Below the pieces are notes generated by a model. It was not told the DNA's origin and did no database searches. It saw only the letters and a program-made list of their open reading frames with translations. A program made the translations under genes and the position numbers. Positions 1-9,097 of a DNA stretch of 39,418 bases are shown piece after piece (positions within the stretch are counted from its first letter, which is position 1; the number at the start of each line of letters is the position of its first letter). Where the stretch lies: the NCBI RefSeq assembly GCF_002087085.1, contig NZ_MWQY01000012.1:124001-163418 (forward strand). The letters are read 5' to 3'.

Positions 1-2
1 AC

Positions 3-482
3 AAGGGAAACCTGAACGGGGGAATAGTCAAAACCCGGCAGGGAGCGGAGGTCCAGAACCTGGGAAACCCGAACGGTGTAAAGACCCAGGTCTCCTTCGG
101 CCAGGATTATCTGGTAGCCGACCGCATTCAGGTGGAGGAGAAAGAGATTACCCAGACCCGGGACAAGGTAATAAAGCTGGATTCAATATTGAACCGGCTG
201 GAAAAGGCGGGGGAGACGGAAAAACTCCATCGGGCCCGGCAGGAAAAGCTGAAGTTTATCAAGCTTATTGAAAAGCGCAGCCTGCGTCTTTTTACCCTGC
301 GGGAAAAGTATGAAGAACACTACCCCTCCGAGGTGGTTGTGCGGGGCAGCCTGTATCCGGGGGTGGTGTTCGAGAGCCACGGCCGCTATTACGAGGTGGA
401 CAAAGCCGAATCCGGGGTCGTGGTTTTCTTCGATTCCAGGGTGGGCAAGATCCAGAAAAAGCCGATCAGTAAAGAGGAGTAG
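3..482 (+). CDS. FapA/DUF342 family protein, C-terminal part (5'-truncated by window edge)
   Basis: Frame is open from base 3 (KGNLNGGIVKTRQGAEVQNLGNPNGVKTQVSFGQDY...), then a coiled coil and EVVVRGSLYPGVVF, as in DUF342 C-termini. The GTG at 132 is internal. Confidence 0.7.
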   Translation, partial: KGNLNGGIVKTRQGAEVQNLGNPNGVKTQVSFGQDYLVADRIQVEEKEITQTRDKVIKLDSILNRLEKAGETEKLHRARQEKLKFIKLIEKRSLRLFTLREKYEEHYPSEVVVRGSLYPGVVFESHGRYYEVDKAESGVVVFFDSRVGKIQKKPISKEE

Positions 483-486
483 GTTT

Positions 487-1431
487 ATGTCACTACCGCT
501 GGCCTATCTGCAGTTTCCCGACTGGATATCTCCGGTCATTTTACCCGGCCTGCCCTTTCGCTGGTACGGCCTCATGTATCTCCTTGCCTTCGGGACCGCC
601 TACCTCCTGGTGCGGTATCAGGTTCGAAGGGAGGAGCCGAAACTCTCCACTGATATTGTGGCGGACCTCTTTTTCTGGATAATCCTCGGCCTGCTTCTGG
701 GTGGACGCCTGGTTTCTACCCTGATTTATGATACTTCCGGTATCTACTGGGTCAAACCATGGCTGATTTTCTGGCCCTTCGATGAATCCATGCGCTTTGT
801 GGGGCTTCAGGGGATGTCCTACCATGGCGGCCTGCTGGGCGGAACCATCGGAGGAGTCCTTTTTTGCCGTCGCAGGGGGCTCTCTCCCTGGCTCTGGGCA
901 GACAGGATTGCCCTGGCTGTCCCCCTGGGGTATACCTTCGGACGTCTGGGCAACTTCATCAACGCCGAGCTCTACGGCCGTGTTACCAGCGCCCCCTGGG
1001 GGATGGTCTTTCCCGGGGCCCCGGAATTTCCCCTCTCCGTCGACTGGGTGGCCGCCATGAGCCGCGAACTGGGTCTGGCAGCGGAGGGAGGCGTAAATCT
1101 GCCCCGGCACCCGAGCCAGCTGTACGAGGCTTTCGGTGAGGGGGTCCTTCTCTGGCTCTTTCTCTGGTTCATCATCCGGAAGCGAAAGAGTTTTAACGGA
1201 TTTATAATGGGGTGGTATCTGATAGGGTACGGGGCTGTCCGCTTTGTAATTGAATACTTCAGGCAGCCCGACAGCAACCTGGGCTTTATAGTCGAACTGG
1301 GTTCTCCCCATTCCATCTATCAGACCGGAAGTTTCCTGAATTTCACCATGGGACAGCTCCTGTGCACTCTGATGATTCTTGCCGGGGCAGGGGTCCTGAT
1401 TTTCGCCGGACATCGCTCCCGGAAATCCTGA
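487..1431 (+). CDS. lgt: Prolipoprotein diacylglyceryl transferase
   Basis: Motifs RWYGLMY, GGRL, GMSYHGG, GRLGNFINAELYGR, RHPSQLYEA and RFVIEYFRQPD. ATG at 487 follows AGAGGAG; the upstream extension of the ORF overlaps the previous gene. Confidence 0.97.
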   Translation: MSLPLAYLQFPDWISPVILPGLPFRWYGLMYLLAFGTAYLLVRYQVRREEPKLSTDIVADLFFWIILGLLLGGRLVSTLIYDTSGIYWVKPWLIFWPFDESMRFVGLQGMSYHGGLLGGTIGGVLFCRRRGLSPWLWADRIALAVPLGYTFGRLGNFINAELYGRVTSAPWGMVFPGAPEFPLSVDWVAAMSRELGLAAEGGVNLPRHPSQLYEAFGEGVLLWLFLWFIIRKRKSFNGFIMGWYLIGYGAVRFVIEYFRQPDSNLGFIVELGSPHSIYQTGSFLNFTMGQLLCTLMILAGAGVLIFAGHRSRKS

Positions 1432-1438
1432 TTCTTAT

Positions 1439-1474
1439 CGGGGATTCCCCGATGCCAGGATAGGGGAATCCCCG
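1439..1474. other. Perfect 12-bp inverted repeat (stem-loop) downstream of lgt
   Basis: CGGGGATTCCCC(1439-1450)...GGGGAATCCCCG(1463-1474). No following U-tract on either strand, so a terminator role is uncertain. Confidence 0.5.
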
Positions 1475-1569
1475 AAAAACAGTCTCAAGAATCCCTGATT
1501 GCGGGTTCGTGCTTTCCGCGTGATTATTGATCTGAGATCAGACCAATTTGGTTGCGCAGGAGCATGATC

Positions 1570-2538
1570 ATGATGAATACGGCACAGGTTTCCCGGATTG
1601 AGAATGATGACTATTATGGCATCGACAGCGATCCCCTGGCCCTCTATCTGCGGCAGATTGCCGGATACCGCCTTCTCAGTAAGGCTGAAGAACTCAAGCT
1701 CGGGAAGGACATCGTGGAGCTTCGAGGACAGATAAAAAGCCTGGATAATGATCTGAGCCGCGGTACTATTGATTCTGCGGATTATCGTGCCCTTCGGAAT
1801 TCCCTTGAGGCTGAGCTTGGGCTTCTGAAAAACCGCATGATAACATCTAACCTGCGGCTTGTGGTCTCCATCGCGAAGAGGTATCAGCACCGGGGTTTGA
1901 GCCTGCTGGACCTTATCGACGAAGGCAATATCGGTCTCATCGAGGCGGTTGAACGCTTTGATTATACCAGGGGCTGCAAATTCTCCACCTACGGCACGTG
2001 GTGGATTCAACAGGCGATCATAAAGGCGGTAGCCGATAAAGGCCGGACCATCAGGATTCCGGTCCATGTTCTGAACTCCATCAGAAAGTGTTTTTCCGTC
2101 TCCAAGTATCTGACCCAGGAACTGGGGCGTGACCCGCAGCTTCAGGAACTCGCCGATTATATGGATGTTCCCGAGGAAAAGGTCAAGCAGTTCATGGAAT
2201 ACACCGTTGATACCGCCTCGCTGGATACCACCGTGGATGACGACAACGCCACGAGTCTCTCCGACCTGGTTCGGGGCGACGAGTATGCCGAGCCCTTCGA
2301 GTCGGTATTTTCCAATTCCCTGCGGGATATTCTCGACCGGGTGCTGGACCAGTTGAGTTCCAGGGAACGAAGGATCCTCGAGCTGCGTTTCGGTCTTGGC
2401 AGTCAGGCGCCCCTGACTCTGGAGGAAATCGGAAGCCGTATGGGAATTACCCGGGAGAGGGTACGGCAGATTCAGAACAAGGCAATCGAAACCCTGGGGA
2501 CCTTTTCCGCTATACAGGAGCTGCGGGAAGTTTTGTAA
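1570..2538 (+). CDS. RNA polymerase sigma-70 family factor (RpoD/RpoS-like, no region 1.1)
   Basis: Region 1.2 DPLALYLRQI, region 2 NLRLVVSIAKRY...DLIDEGNIGLIEAVERFD...KFSTYGTWWIQQAI, RTIRIPVH, region 4 TLEEIG..GITRERVRQIQ. AGGAG lies 7 nt before ATG 1570 (1564 and 1573 are alternatives). Confidence 0.95.
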   Translation: MMNTAQVSRIENDDYYGIDSDPLALYLRQIAGYRLLSKAEELKLGKDIVELRGQIKSLDNDLSRGTIDSADYRALRNSLEAELGLLKNRMITSNLRLVVSIAKRYQHRGLSLLDLIDEGNIGLIEAVERFDYTRGCKFSTYGTWWIQQAIIKAVADKGRTIRIPVHVLNSIRKCFSVSKYLTQELGRDPQLQELADYMDVPEEKVKQFMEYTVDTASLDTTVDDDNATSLSDLVRGDEYAEPFESVFSNSLRDILDRVLDQLSSRERRILELRFGLGSQAPLTLEEIGSRMGITRERVRQIQNKAIETLGTFSAIQELREVL

Positions 2539-2747
2539 AGGGCTGGAGAAATTCGACAAGTCTTCGTTTTTTTGTCAAATCCCTTTGAAATTTTCCGTTA
2601 AATAGACAACACTTACTAAAGGGATACTCTGAAAACACCACATATCAAGATATAGAGGTGTTTTTGGAACCACCCTGGGAACGGACCAGTTGTGGCCCGG
2701 TAAATCCTAAAGCTCCCCCGTGAGCGTAAACGGAGTATGTCCTGCTT

Positions 2748-3113
2748 ATGGCAAAGAAGATATTGATCGTGGACGATTCCAAAGCGATTCGTCAGAGCAT
2801 ACGGTTTGTCCTTGAACAGAATGAGTATCAGGTCCTGGATGCAGAGGACGGGCTTGACGCCCTGGAAAAACTGGAAAACGGAACAGTGGATCTGATCATT
2901 ACCGATGTGAACATGCCCAACATGAATGGCATTGAACTCATCCAGGAGGTCCGCGGAAAGGACGCCTTTAAATTCGTTCCGATTATGGTTTTGACCACCG
3001 AGTCCCAGTATTCGGTTATGGAAAAGGGAAAAGCCGCCGGGGCTACCGGCTGGATCGTAAAGCCCTTCAGCACGGACAAACTGCTCGCAGCCGTACGAAA
3101 GGTTGTGGGGTAA
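2748..3113 (+). CDS. cheY: Single-domain response regulator, CheY
   Basis: ILIVDDS, DLIITDVNMPNMNG, LTTES and AGATGWIVKPF; lies near cheW and an MCP. Confidence 0.9.
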   Translation: MAKKILIVDDSKAIRQSIRFVLEQNEYQVLDAEDGLDALEKLENGTVDLIITDVNMPNMNGIELIQEVRGKDAFKFVPIMVLTTESQYSVMEKGKAAGATGWIVKPFSTDKLLAAVRKVVG

Positions 3114-3184
3114 AATCAAGAGTATCCATATGTCCCGATTTCGGCTATATTTTTTTTTAACACATATATACAGAGGTTGGAGAT

Positions 3185-3700
3185 ATGCCGAGATACCGTC
3201 GTCACGGTTTTGAAGAATTTGGCCCCCGCTTCCGCCAGCGGGGACTTCGAATGACCATACCCCGCCAGGTTATTCTGGAAGCTCTGGATGACTTTGATGG
3301 CTTTGCCAGTGCGGAAGACATCTTCATGCGGGTTCACAAGGATCATCCCGGGGTCGGACTTGCCACAATCTACCGGACCCTGATTCTTTTGACTGAGATG
3401 GGCCTGGTGAGCAAGATCGATCCCGGTGATGGGAAGTTTCGCTACGAACTCAGGGAGCAGAAGAAGGAGACCAAACATCAGCATCTTCTTATCTGTTCCC
3501 GCTGTTACCGGGTCATCCGCTATTCGGATTTTTCCGATGAAGAGCGGGACACCCTCCATTCAATAGAAGCCCGGCTGGAGAAGGCCCATGATTTTACCAT
3601 ACAGCGCCATTCCGTACATTACTATGGCATCTGTCCCAGCTGCCGGGAGCGGGAACGACCGGATAACAGTACCGACACTGGCATGGATAAATTGGAATAA
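3185..3700 (+). CDS. fur: Fur family transcriptional regulator
   Basis: GLRMTIPRQVIL, SAEDIF, VGLATIYRTL, HQHLLICSRC and YYGICPSC (two CxxC). GGAG RBS. Metal specificity (Fur/Zur/PerR) cannot be resolved. Confidence 0.9.
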   Translation: MPRYRRHGFEEFGPRFRQRGLRMTIPRQVILEALDDFDGFASAEDIFMRVHKDHPGVGLATIYRTLILLTEMGLVSKIDPGDGKFRYELREQKKETKHQHLLICSRCYRVIRYSDFSDEERDTLHSIEARLEKAHDFTIQRHSVHYYGICPSCRERERPDNSTDTGMDKLE

Positions 3701-3783
3701 TTTAATAAAATATTTGCATAGACTGTTCTCTATATAATATACTTTGGTGAGTCTTATGCATTGGATAAAGAGGGGAGGAGATC

Positions 3784-4317
3784 GTGGCAGAAGAGAAGTA
3801 CAGGCAAATCGATGACGACGACATGTTCCTCGTGGATGACGAGGACGAGCAGTATCAGGAAAACAAGTACCTTCTGTTCAATATCGGCAAGGAAATTTAC
3901 GGCATAAACATTATGGTTGTTACGGATATCATCGAACTTCAGAAGATCACCGAGGTTCCTGATATGCCGGACTATATAAAAGGTGTGATCAATCTTCGGG
4001 GCAAGGTGATTCCGGTCATGGATCTGCGGCTGCGTTTCGGGATGGAGCCCAGGGCGTATGACGACCGGACCTGCATTATAATTGTTCACGTCGAGAATAC
4101 CTCCATCGGGTTTATTGTGGATACCGTTTCCGAGGTAAAGGATATCCGCGAGAGCGACATAGACCCGCCGCCGAGTTTCAAGAAACATGCTGCCCGGGAC
4201 CGGTATATATCGGGACTTGGAAAGGTAGACGAAGAGGTGCGGATCCTTCTGGATGTTAAAAAGATTCTGGAACAGGATGAGGATCTTAAGCTCGAGTCCA
4301 TTGGCAGCGAAAAATAA
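3784..4317 (+). CDS. cheW: Chemotaxis coupling protein CheW
   Basis: ITEVPDMPDYIKGVINLRGKVIPVMDLRLRFG and GFIVDTVSEV; GTG start after GGAGGAG. Confidence 0.95.
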   Translation: MAEEKYRQIDDDDMFLVDDEDEQYQENKYLLFNIGKEIYGINIMVVTDIIELQKITEVPDMPDYIKGVINLRGKVIPVMDLRLRFGMEPRAYDDRTCIIIVHVENTSIGFIVDTVSEVKDIRESDIDPPPSFKKHAARDRYISGLGKVDEEVRILLDVKKILEQDEDLKLESIGSEK

Positions 4318-4338
4318 GAGAAGGGAGAACTCCAGCAA

Positions 4339-6576
4339 ATGTTTAAGAACATGAAGATGGCCATGAAGATGACAGTGGGATTCGGCAGTATCATTCTGCT
4401 CATCGCTGTCGCGCTTACCATTATTCTTATGAACGTAAAGACCATCCAGACCGATTCGGCGGCCCTTAATCGGGAGTACGTACCTGAGGTCAGAATTGCC
4501 AATGACGTGGAGCGAAACACCCTCCTGTACATGTATGCCATGCGGGGATACGGATTTACCTTCCAGGACAGCTACTGGAAAGAGGCCGCCGAAGCACAGC
4601 GTGCTGTGTTTAAAGCCCTGGATGAGGCTGAAATCCTGGCAGAAGAGTCTGTGTACCTCAGGAAGTTATCCGCCGGTGTGACGACAGCAAAAACCCGGCT
4701 CGGGGAGTACCGGGACCTGGCAGAGGAGACCAACAGGGTTATTTCCGGCGTTACCGGTGAGCGCACTGTTCTTGACGAGGCTGCCGCGGAATTCATGGGG
4801 CACTGTGAGGACTTTCTTATGGGGCAGAGTTCCAAGCTCAGCCGGGAAATTGCCGCCGGAGCAGGTTCCGGTGCTCTGAACGAGCGCTACCGTAAAATAT
4901 CTTTGATTAACAATATTATTGAATTGGGCAATGCCATCAGGATCTCCAACTTCCGGGGGCAGTTGTATATCGATCCAGCAATAATCAATGGAGGGGTGGC
5001 CAATTTCAATACAATGGACTCCCTGCTGTCGGAAATCCGAGAAATAACCGTGGAACCCCAGGAACTGCAGGATCTGGATGATATAAAAGTGGCGGCGGAT
5101 ACCTACAAAGGGGGGATGCAGAATATTCTCGCCAGCTATAAACGGCTGGCAGAGCTGAACGAGGGCCGTATTGCAGCGGGAAATGATGCCCTTACTGCGG
5201 CTCAGGATACTGCCCGGGCAGGACTCGAGGGTACGGCGGAGCGTACCGATCGGGCACTCTCTCTGGTAAATCTTACCTTCACCATTGTAGTGGCGGGCAT
5301 AATACTTGTAATCCTGATTTCCGTAGTCATCGCCCTTGCTCTGACCCGCATGATTACCAGGGCCCTTTCTCAGGGTGTGGCCTTTGCCGGTAAGATCGCC
5401 CAGGGAGATCTGGATGCTCAGCTCGATGTATACCAGCGGGACGAAATAGGTAAGCTTGCGGACGCCCTGCGGGATATGCTCAAGTCCCTGCAGTACAAGG
5501 CCGAGATGATCGAGTACTTCGCCGCAGGAGACTTCAGCCGCAAGGTGGAGCTTGCCAGCCAGAAAGACGGCCTGGGAAGGTCCCTCGAAACAATGCGGAA
5601 CTCCCTGAACGACCTGCTGGGGCAGGTCAATGTAGCCATTGATCAGGTAACCTCCGGAAGCGAGCAGGTTTCCCAGGCAAGTCAGTCCCTTTCCCAGGGC
5701 GCGACCGAACAGGCCAGCTCCCTGGAGGAAATTTCCTCTTCGGTAAACGAGGTAAACGGACAGTCCCAGCAGAATGCGAAGAATGCGCTGGAGGCGAATG
5801 CTCTGGCCAAACAGGCTACCGAAAACGCCGAAAACGGAAACAGCCAGATGAAGGGGCTGATTACCGCCATGGATGAGATCAACGCCTCTTCCGACGAGAT
5901 CAAGAAGATCGTCAAGATCATCGATGACATCGCTTTCCAGATCAACCTGCTGGCACTGAACGCCAATGTAGAGGCAGCCCGGGCTGGTAAATACGGCCGA
6001 GGATTCGCCGTTGTTGCCGAGGAGGTTCGAAACCTTGCCGCCAGGGCTGCCGAGGCTGTCAAGGAGACGACCGTCTCTGTGGACAAGACGGTGGAGAGCA
6101 TCGAGAGCGGCAACCACGCGGCTGAAGCCACCGCATCTCAGCTGGAGGAGATTGTCGGCGGCGTCGGCAAGGTCGCCACCTTCCTTGAAGAGATTGCCCA
6201 GGCAAGCCGCGAACAGGCTCAGGCTGTCAGCCAGGTAACCGAGGGACTGGACCAGATCGACCAGGTAACCCAGGCCAATACCGCCTCCGCCGAGGAGAGC
6301 GCTTCCGCCGCGGAAGAGCTGGCCTCCCAGGCTCAGCATCTGCAGCAGATGATAGCCCAGTTCACCCTGGAGGCCCGCACAGTGCGTCAGCTGGAGGCTC
6401 CCAAGGCTCAAACCTATCATGGTAGCGGAGGGAGATCTTCCCACAAGCCGGTATCCAGGCAGAGCGCAGCAAAGCGAAATTACAACGACAGCTACGAGGT
6501 CGAGGAGACGGGAATTAAACCGGTGGATCCATCGGAGGTTATTAAACTCGACGATGACGATTTCGATCGTTTTTAG
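4339..6576 (+). CDS. Methyl-accepting chemotaxis protein (2 TM, large helical periplasmic sensor, tandem HAMP, C-terminal pentapeptide)
   Basis: Two TM helices flank about 280 aa of helical sensor; two HAMP-like segments; hairpin tip [34 protein letters not shown]; ends DFDRF. Confidence 0.97.
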   Translation: MFKNMKMAMKMTVGFGSIILLIAVALTIILMNVKTIQTDSAALNREYVPEVRIANDVERNTLLYMYAMRGYGFTFQDSYWKEAAEAQRAVFKALDEAEILAEESVYLRKLSAGVTTAKTRLGEYRDLAEETNRVISGVTGERTVLDEAAAEFMGHCEDFLMGQSSKLSREIAAGAGSGALNERYRKISLINNIIELGNAIRISNFRGQLYIDPAIINGGVANFNTMDSLLSEIREITVEPQELQDLDDIKVAADTYKGGMQNILASYKRLAELNEGRIAAGNDALTAAQDTARAGLEGTAERTDRALSLVNLTFTIVVAGIILVILISVVIALALTRMITRALSQGVAFAGKIAQGDLDAQLDVYQRDEIGKLADALRDMLKSLQYKAEMIEYFAAGDFSRKVELASQKDGLGRSLETMRNSLNDLLGQVNVAIDQVTSGSEQVSQASQSLSQGATEQASSLEEISSSVNEVNGQSQQNAKNALEANALAKQATENAENGNSQMKGLITAMDEINASSDEIKKIVKIIDDIAFQINLLALNANVEAARAGKYGRGFAVVAEEVRNLAARAAEAVKETTVSVDKTVESIESGNHAAEATASQLEEIVGGVGKVATFLEEIAQASREQAQAVSQVTEGLDQIDQVTQANTASAEESASAAEELASQAQHLQQMIAQFTLEARTVRQLEAPKAQTYHGSGGRSSHKPVSRQSAAKRNYNDSYEVEETGIKPVDPSEVIKLDDDDFDRF

Positions 6577-6585
6577 ATGTTATAT

Positions 6586-6611
6586 GCGGCCCCCTTTTTC
6601 AAGGGGGCTGT
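6586..6611 (+). terminator. Stem-loop after MCP, probable terminator
   Basis: GCGGCCCCCTT-TTTC-AAGGGGGCTGT, 10 nt after the stop codon; weak U-tract. Confidence 0.5.
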
Positions 6612-6738
6612 AGTCATTTAAGAATTTCAGGTTCTAAAAAATCATATCTTTTTGCCGACAGAGCCGGATGACTGCTGTTGATACCAAATAACTGTCTATA
6701 ATACAGACACTTATTATTTCTGTTGAATCCTGATAAAT

Positions 6739-6754
6739 TGGCATGTATATTGCA
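6739..6754 (+). promoter_or_regulatory. Sigma-54 (-24/-12) promoter candidate
   Basis: TGGCATGTATATTGCA has GG-N10-GC spacing and matches TGGCAC-N5-TTGCW with one mismatch; 23 nt upstream of ATG 6778. Confidence 0.65.
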
Positions 6755-6777
6755 GAGTTAACATAGAGTTATAGTAT

Positions 6778-7422
6778 ATGAATAATTTACAGCAGAGTGG
6801 CATCCTGTCATTACCATTAGACTATTTTCCATCCATACCCGTTCCTGTCCGTACGGAAGTTCTGCGGAAAAGTATTCACATGCTTGTGGCTCTGGTACCC
6901 TTCGCTGCTTCCCTGAATCAGGGTATTACCCTGGCCCTGCTTGCCGCGGGAACGATTGTTTATACATACGCGGAACTGCTGCGCTGCATGGGCGTTCGGG
7001 TCGTATTGATCTCCCGCCTGACCGCCATGGCTTCCCGGGAACGTGACCTGGGCAGGTTTGTTCTGGGTCCGGTGACCCTGGGAATCGGCACCATGCTGGC
7101 CCTGCTTCTGTACCCGGCTCCCGCTGCGAGTATTGCGATATTTGCCCTTGCCTTTGGTGACGGCCTTGCCAGTCTGGTGGGAAAACTTTTCGGAAGGATC
7201 CGGATTCCCCATACCGGCGGCAAGACAATTACCGGGAGTGCAGCCTGTTTCGCCGCGATATTCCTCTCCGCCCGGGTTGTCGGAGCGAGTGCAGAGACGG
7301 CTCTGGCTGTCGCCTTCGTATCCACCCTGGTGGAAATGCTGCCTCTCAAGGACCTGGACAATATCCTGCTGCCCCTGACTGCCGGCACGACGGCCGCACT
7401 GTTTGCCTACATGCAGATCTGA
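6778..7422 (+). CDS. CTP-dependent diacylglycerol/polyprenol (phytol/dolichol) kinase family membrane protein (SEC59/DGK1/VTE5-like)
   Basis: RKSIH, LAFGDGLASLVGKLFG, GKTITGS and DLDNILLP; hydrophobic. Confidence 0.85.
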   Translation: MNNLQQSGILSLPLDYFPSIPVPVRTEVLRKSIHMLVALVPFAASLNQGITLALLAAGTIVYTYAELLRCMGVRVVLISRLTAMASRERDLGRFVLGPVTLGIGTMLALLLYPAPAASIAIFALAFGDGLASLVGKLFGRIRIPHTGGKTITGSAACFAAIFLSARVVGASAETALAVAFVSTLVEMLPLKDLDNILLPLTAGTTAALFAYMQI

Positions 7423-7423
7423 T

Positions 7424-8227
7424 TCATATCCACAGATATATCTCATGGGTTCTGCGGGAAAACAGGTTTATACCGACGATTATACCGGCGGCTGCGACTA
7501 TGCGAAGCCACAGGACTTCACTCCCAAGGGCAAGATCGTATCCGAAGAGAACAATGCTTCCTCCCAGACCGAGCCACAGGAAATCCCGGCTGTTATTGCG
7601 GATCCATGCAACGAGGAAATTGATTACCGCCAGAATGCGCAGGGTAATCATCACTATGCTGACATCGCCAATGGTGACAAGGTCAAGGCCTGTATCCGTT
7701 TGCAGGGATGCTTCCGCAACCGGCAAAAGGGACGAGAGGGTAAAGGCTGTGAGCAGAGAAATCCCATAGGCTATGGAAACCTTCTGGTACTGCATCCCGT
7801 TGGCGAACAGACCGGCTGTAAAGAGACTGAAAATCCCGAAAAAACGAGCCATATATAGAAGCCGGATTACCAGTTGATACAGGTAAACGGGGACCTGCAG
7901 TTCCCGCAGTGCCGGAGGAAAAACCCTGGCCCCTTCAATTCCCATGGACAGCAGAAAAAGTATGAAGAAAAATATTTCCGGTGATGCTGTCTTGCGAAAA
8001 CGTTTATACAGAACAAGGCTGGATATGAGGGATGTCAGCTGCAGAATGAACAGAAAAATCAGATCCGCGTTATAGACCGAAGCCAGTGTACCAAGAAACT
8101 CCCGAATCTCCGTCACCCCTGCCGGAAAGGGTACCAGAAGGGAAAGGCTCAGGCAGAAACCGGCGAGGAGCAGCAGGTTGAACCCGGCTCCGAGAAGAAT
8201 AATTGCGTTTCGCAGACTTAAGGTCAT
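7424..8227 (-). CDS. Hypothetical multi-pass membrane protein
   Basis: About 8 hydrophobic segments; FRKTASPEIFFF. Start at ATG 8227 (MTLSLRNAII) is preferred over the longer ORF. Confidence 0.75.
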   Translation of the reverse strand: MTLSLRNAIILLGAGFNLLLLAGFCLSLSLLVPFPAGVTEIREFLGTLASVYNADLIFLFILQLTSLISSLVLYKRFRKTASPEIFFFILFLLSMGIEGARVFPPALRELQVPVYLYQLVIRLLYMARFFGIFSLFTAGLFANGMQYQKVSIAYGISLLTAFTLSSLLPVAEASLQTDTGLDLVTIGDVSIVMITLRILAVINFLVAWIRNNSRDFLWLGLGGSIVLFGYDLALGSEVLWLRIVAAAGIIVGINLFSRRTHEIYLWI

Positions 8228-8335
8228 ACCCCTATTGTGACGAAAAACAGGCAGCTGATCAATCGAAACCCTGCTATGCTTATTGCTCAACTTTTTTGGA
8301 ATTTGTTCGATATTTGTAGTATGGAGGCACAAGGT

Positions 8336-9028
8336 ATGTTTAAAAGAGGTTGTATTCTGTTGCTACTGCTTGTCGGGCTGGTTGTCCCGAGCCTGGCAGG
8401 TGACGTGGCGACCTATGTCAATCTTGGGTTTTCTGTAAATTCCCGCTATTTTCTCTTCGGCTACTACGGAATTGACGATAAAACCTCAAATCCTTATGCC
8501 AATATGTATCTGGTGGATGTGCATGCCAACGAATTTGTGCCGGAAGGCCGCATGCGGGGCATCTATCCGGTGGAGGTTTCCGCAGGACAGGATGGTTCCG
8601 GTGCTCTGTATACCCTGTTTGCGGACAACGTGGAGACCATCAAGGAGTATGGTATAGATCATCTCCGTTCCGGCAGGATTGTCTATCTGCTGATTAACGG
8701 AGCGGAACCGAAATCCCATCTTGAGTTCCGGGATTTTGAGCGCAACAGCAGTGTAAGCGTGGACCTGGTTCAGAAGAGTGAGGGGTCAGGAAAAACGGTA
8801 CGCTCCGCCTTTCATTTAAACCTTAAGCTGAAAGACGCGAATGGAAAAACCCGCGACTATGTTGTCGGGCTTCCGGATTATTACAGATCCGGGGTAAAGC
8901 GCTACAGAATAAAACAGGTCTGCTATTCTCCCGATGAAAGCTCCCTTGTATTCATCCTCGAAAAAGAGGAGCTCGACGGCGAGGGCTCCGATATCCGCTA
9001 TATGGTGGAAACCGTCAAGATCCGCTGA
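8336..9028 (+). CDS. Secreted protein, DUF2259-like
   Basis: Signal peptide, then GDVATYVNLGFSVNSRYFLFGYYG...YLVDVHANEFV, recalled as a DUF2259 pattern. GGAGG upstream of ATG 8336. Confidence 0.75.
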   Translation: MFKRGCILLLLLVGLVVPSLAGDVATYVNLGFSVNSRYFLFGYYGIDDKTSNPYANMYLVDVHANEFVPEGRMRGIYPVEVSAGQDGSGALYTLFADNVETIKEYGIDHLRSGRIVYLLINGAEPKSHLEFRDFERNSSVSVDLVQKSEGSGKTVRSAFHLNLKLKDANGKTRDYVVGLPDYYRSGVKRYRIKQVCYSPDESSLVFILEKEELDGEGSDIRYMVETVKIR

Positions 9029-9097
9029 TCCTGTGGTTAGCATTAACGGATGAAAAGCCTGACTATCGGTGGTATATTGTTTTCGGGGTCTCCATCT

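Noticed and set aside
268..486. N-terminal extension of lgt in the ORF track
   Set aside because: It overlaps the FapA-like gene in another frame; the RBS and Lgt homology begin at 487.
1435..2559. 374-aa minus-strand ORF
   Set aside because: Antisense shadow of the sigma factor.
3116..3141. Sigma-28-like TCAA...CCCGATTT upstream of fur
   Set aside because: Spacing is one base short and the -10 match is weak.
3714..3740. TTGCAT...TATAAT promoter upstream of cheW
   Set aside because: The spacer is only 15 bp in AT-rich DNA; plausible but not supportable as called.
4666..6444. 592-aa minus-strand ORF
   Set aside because: Antisense to the MCP, with no domain signature.
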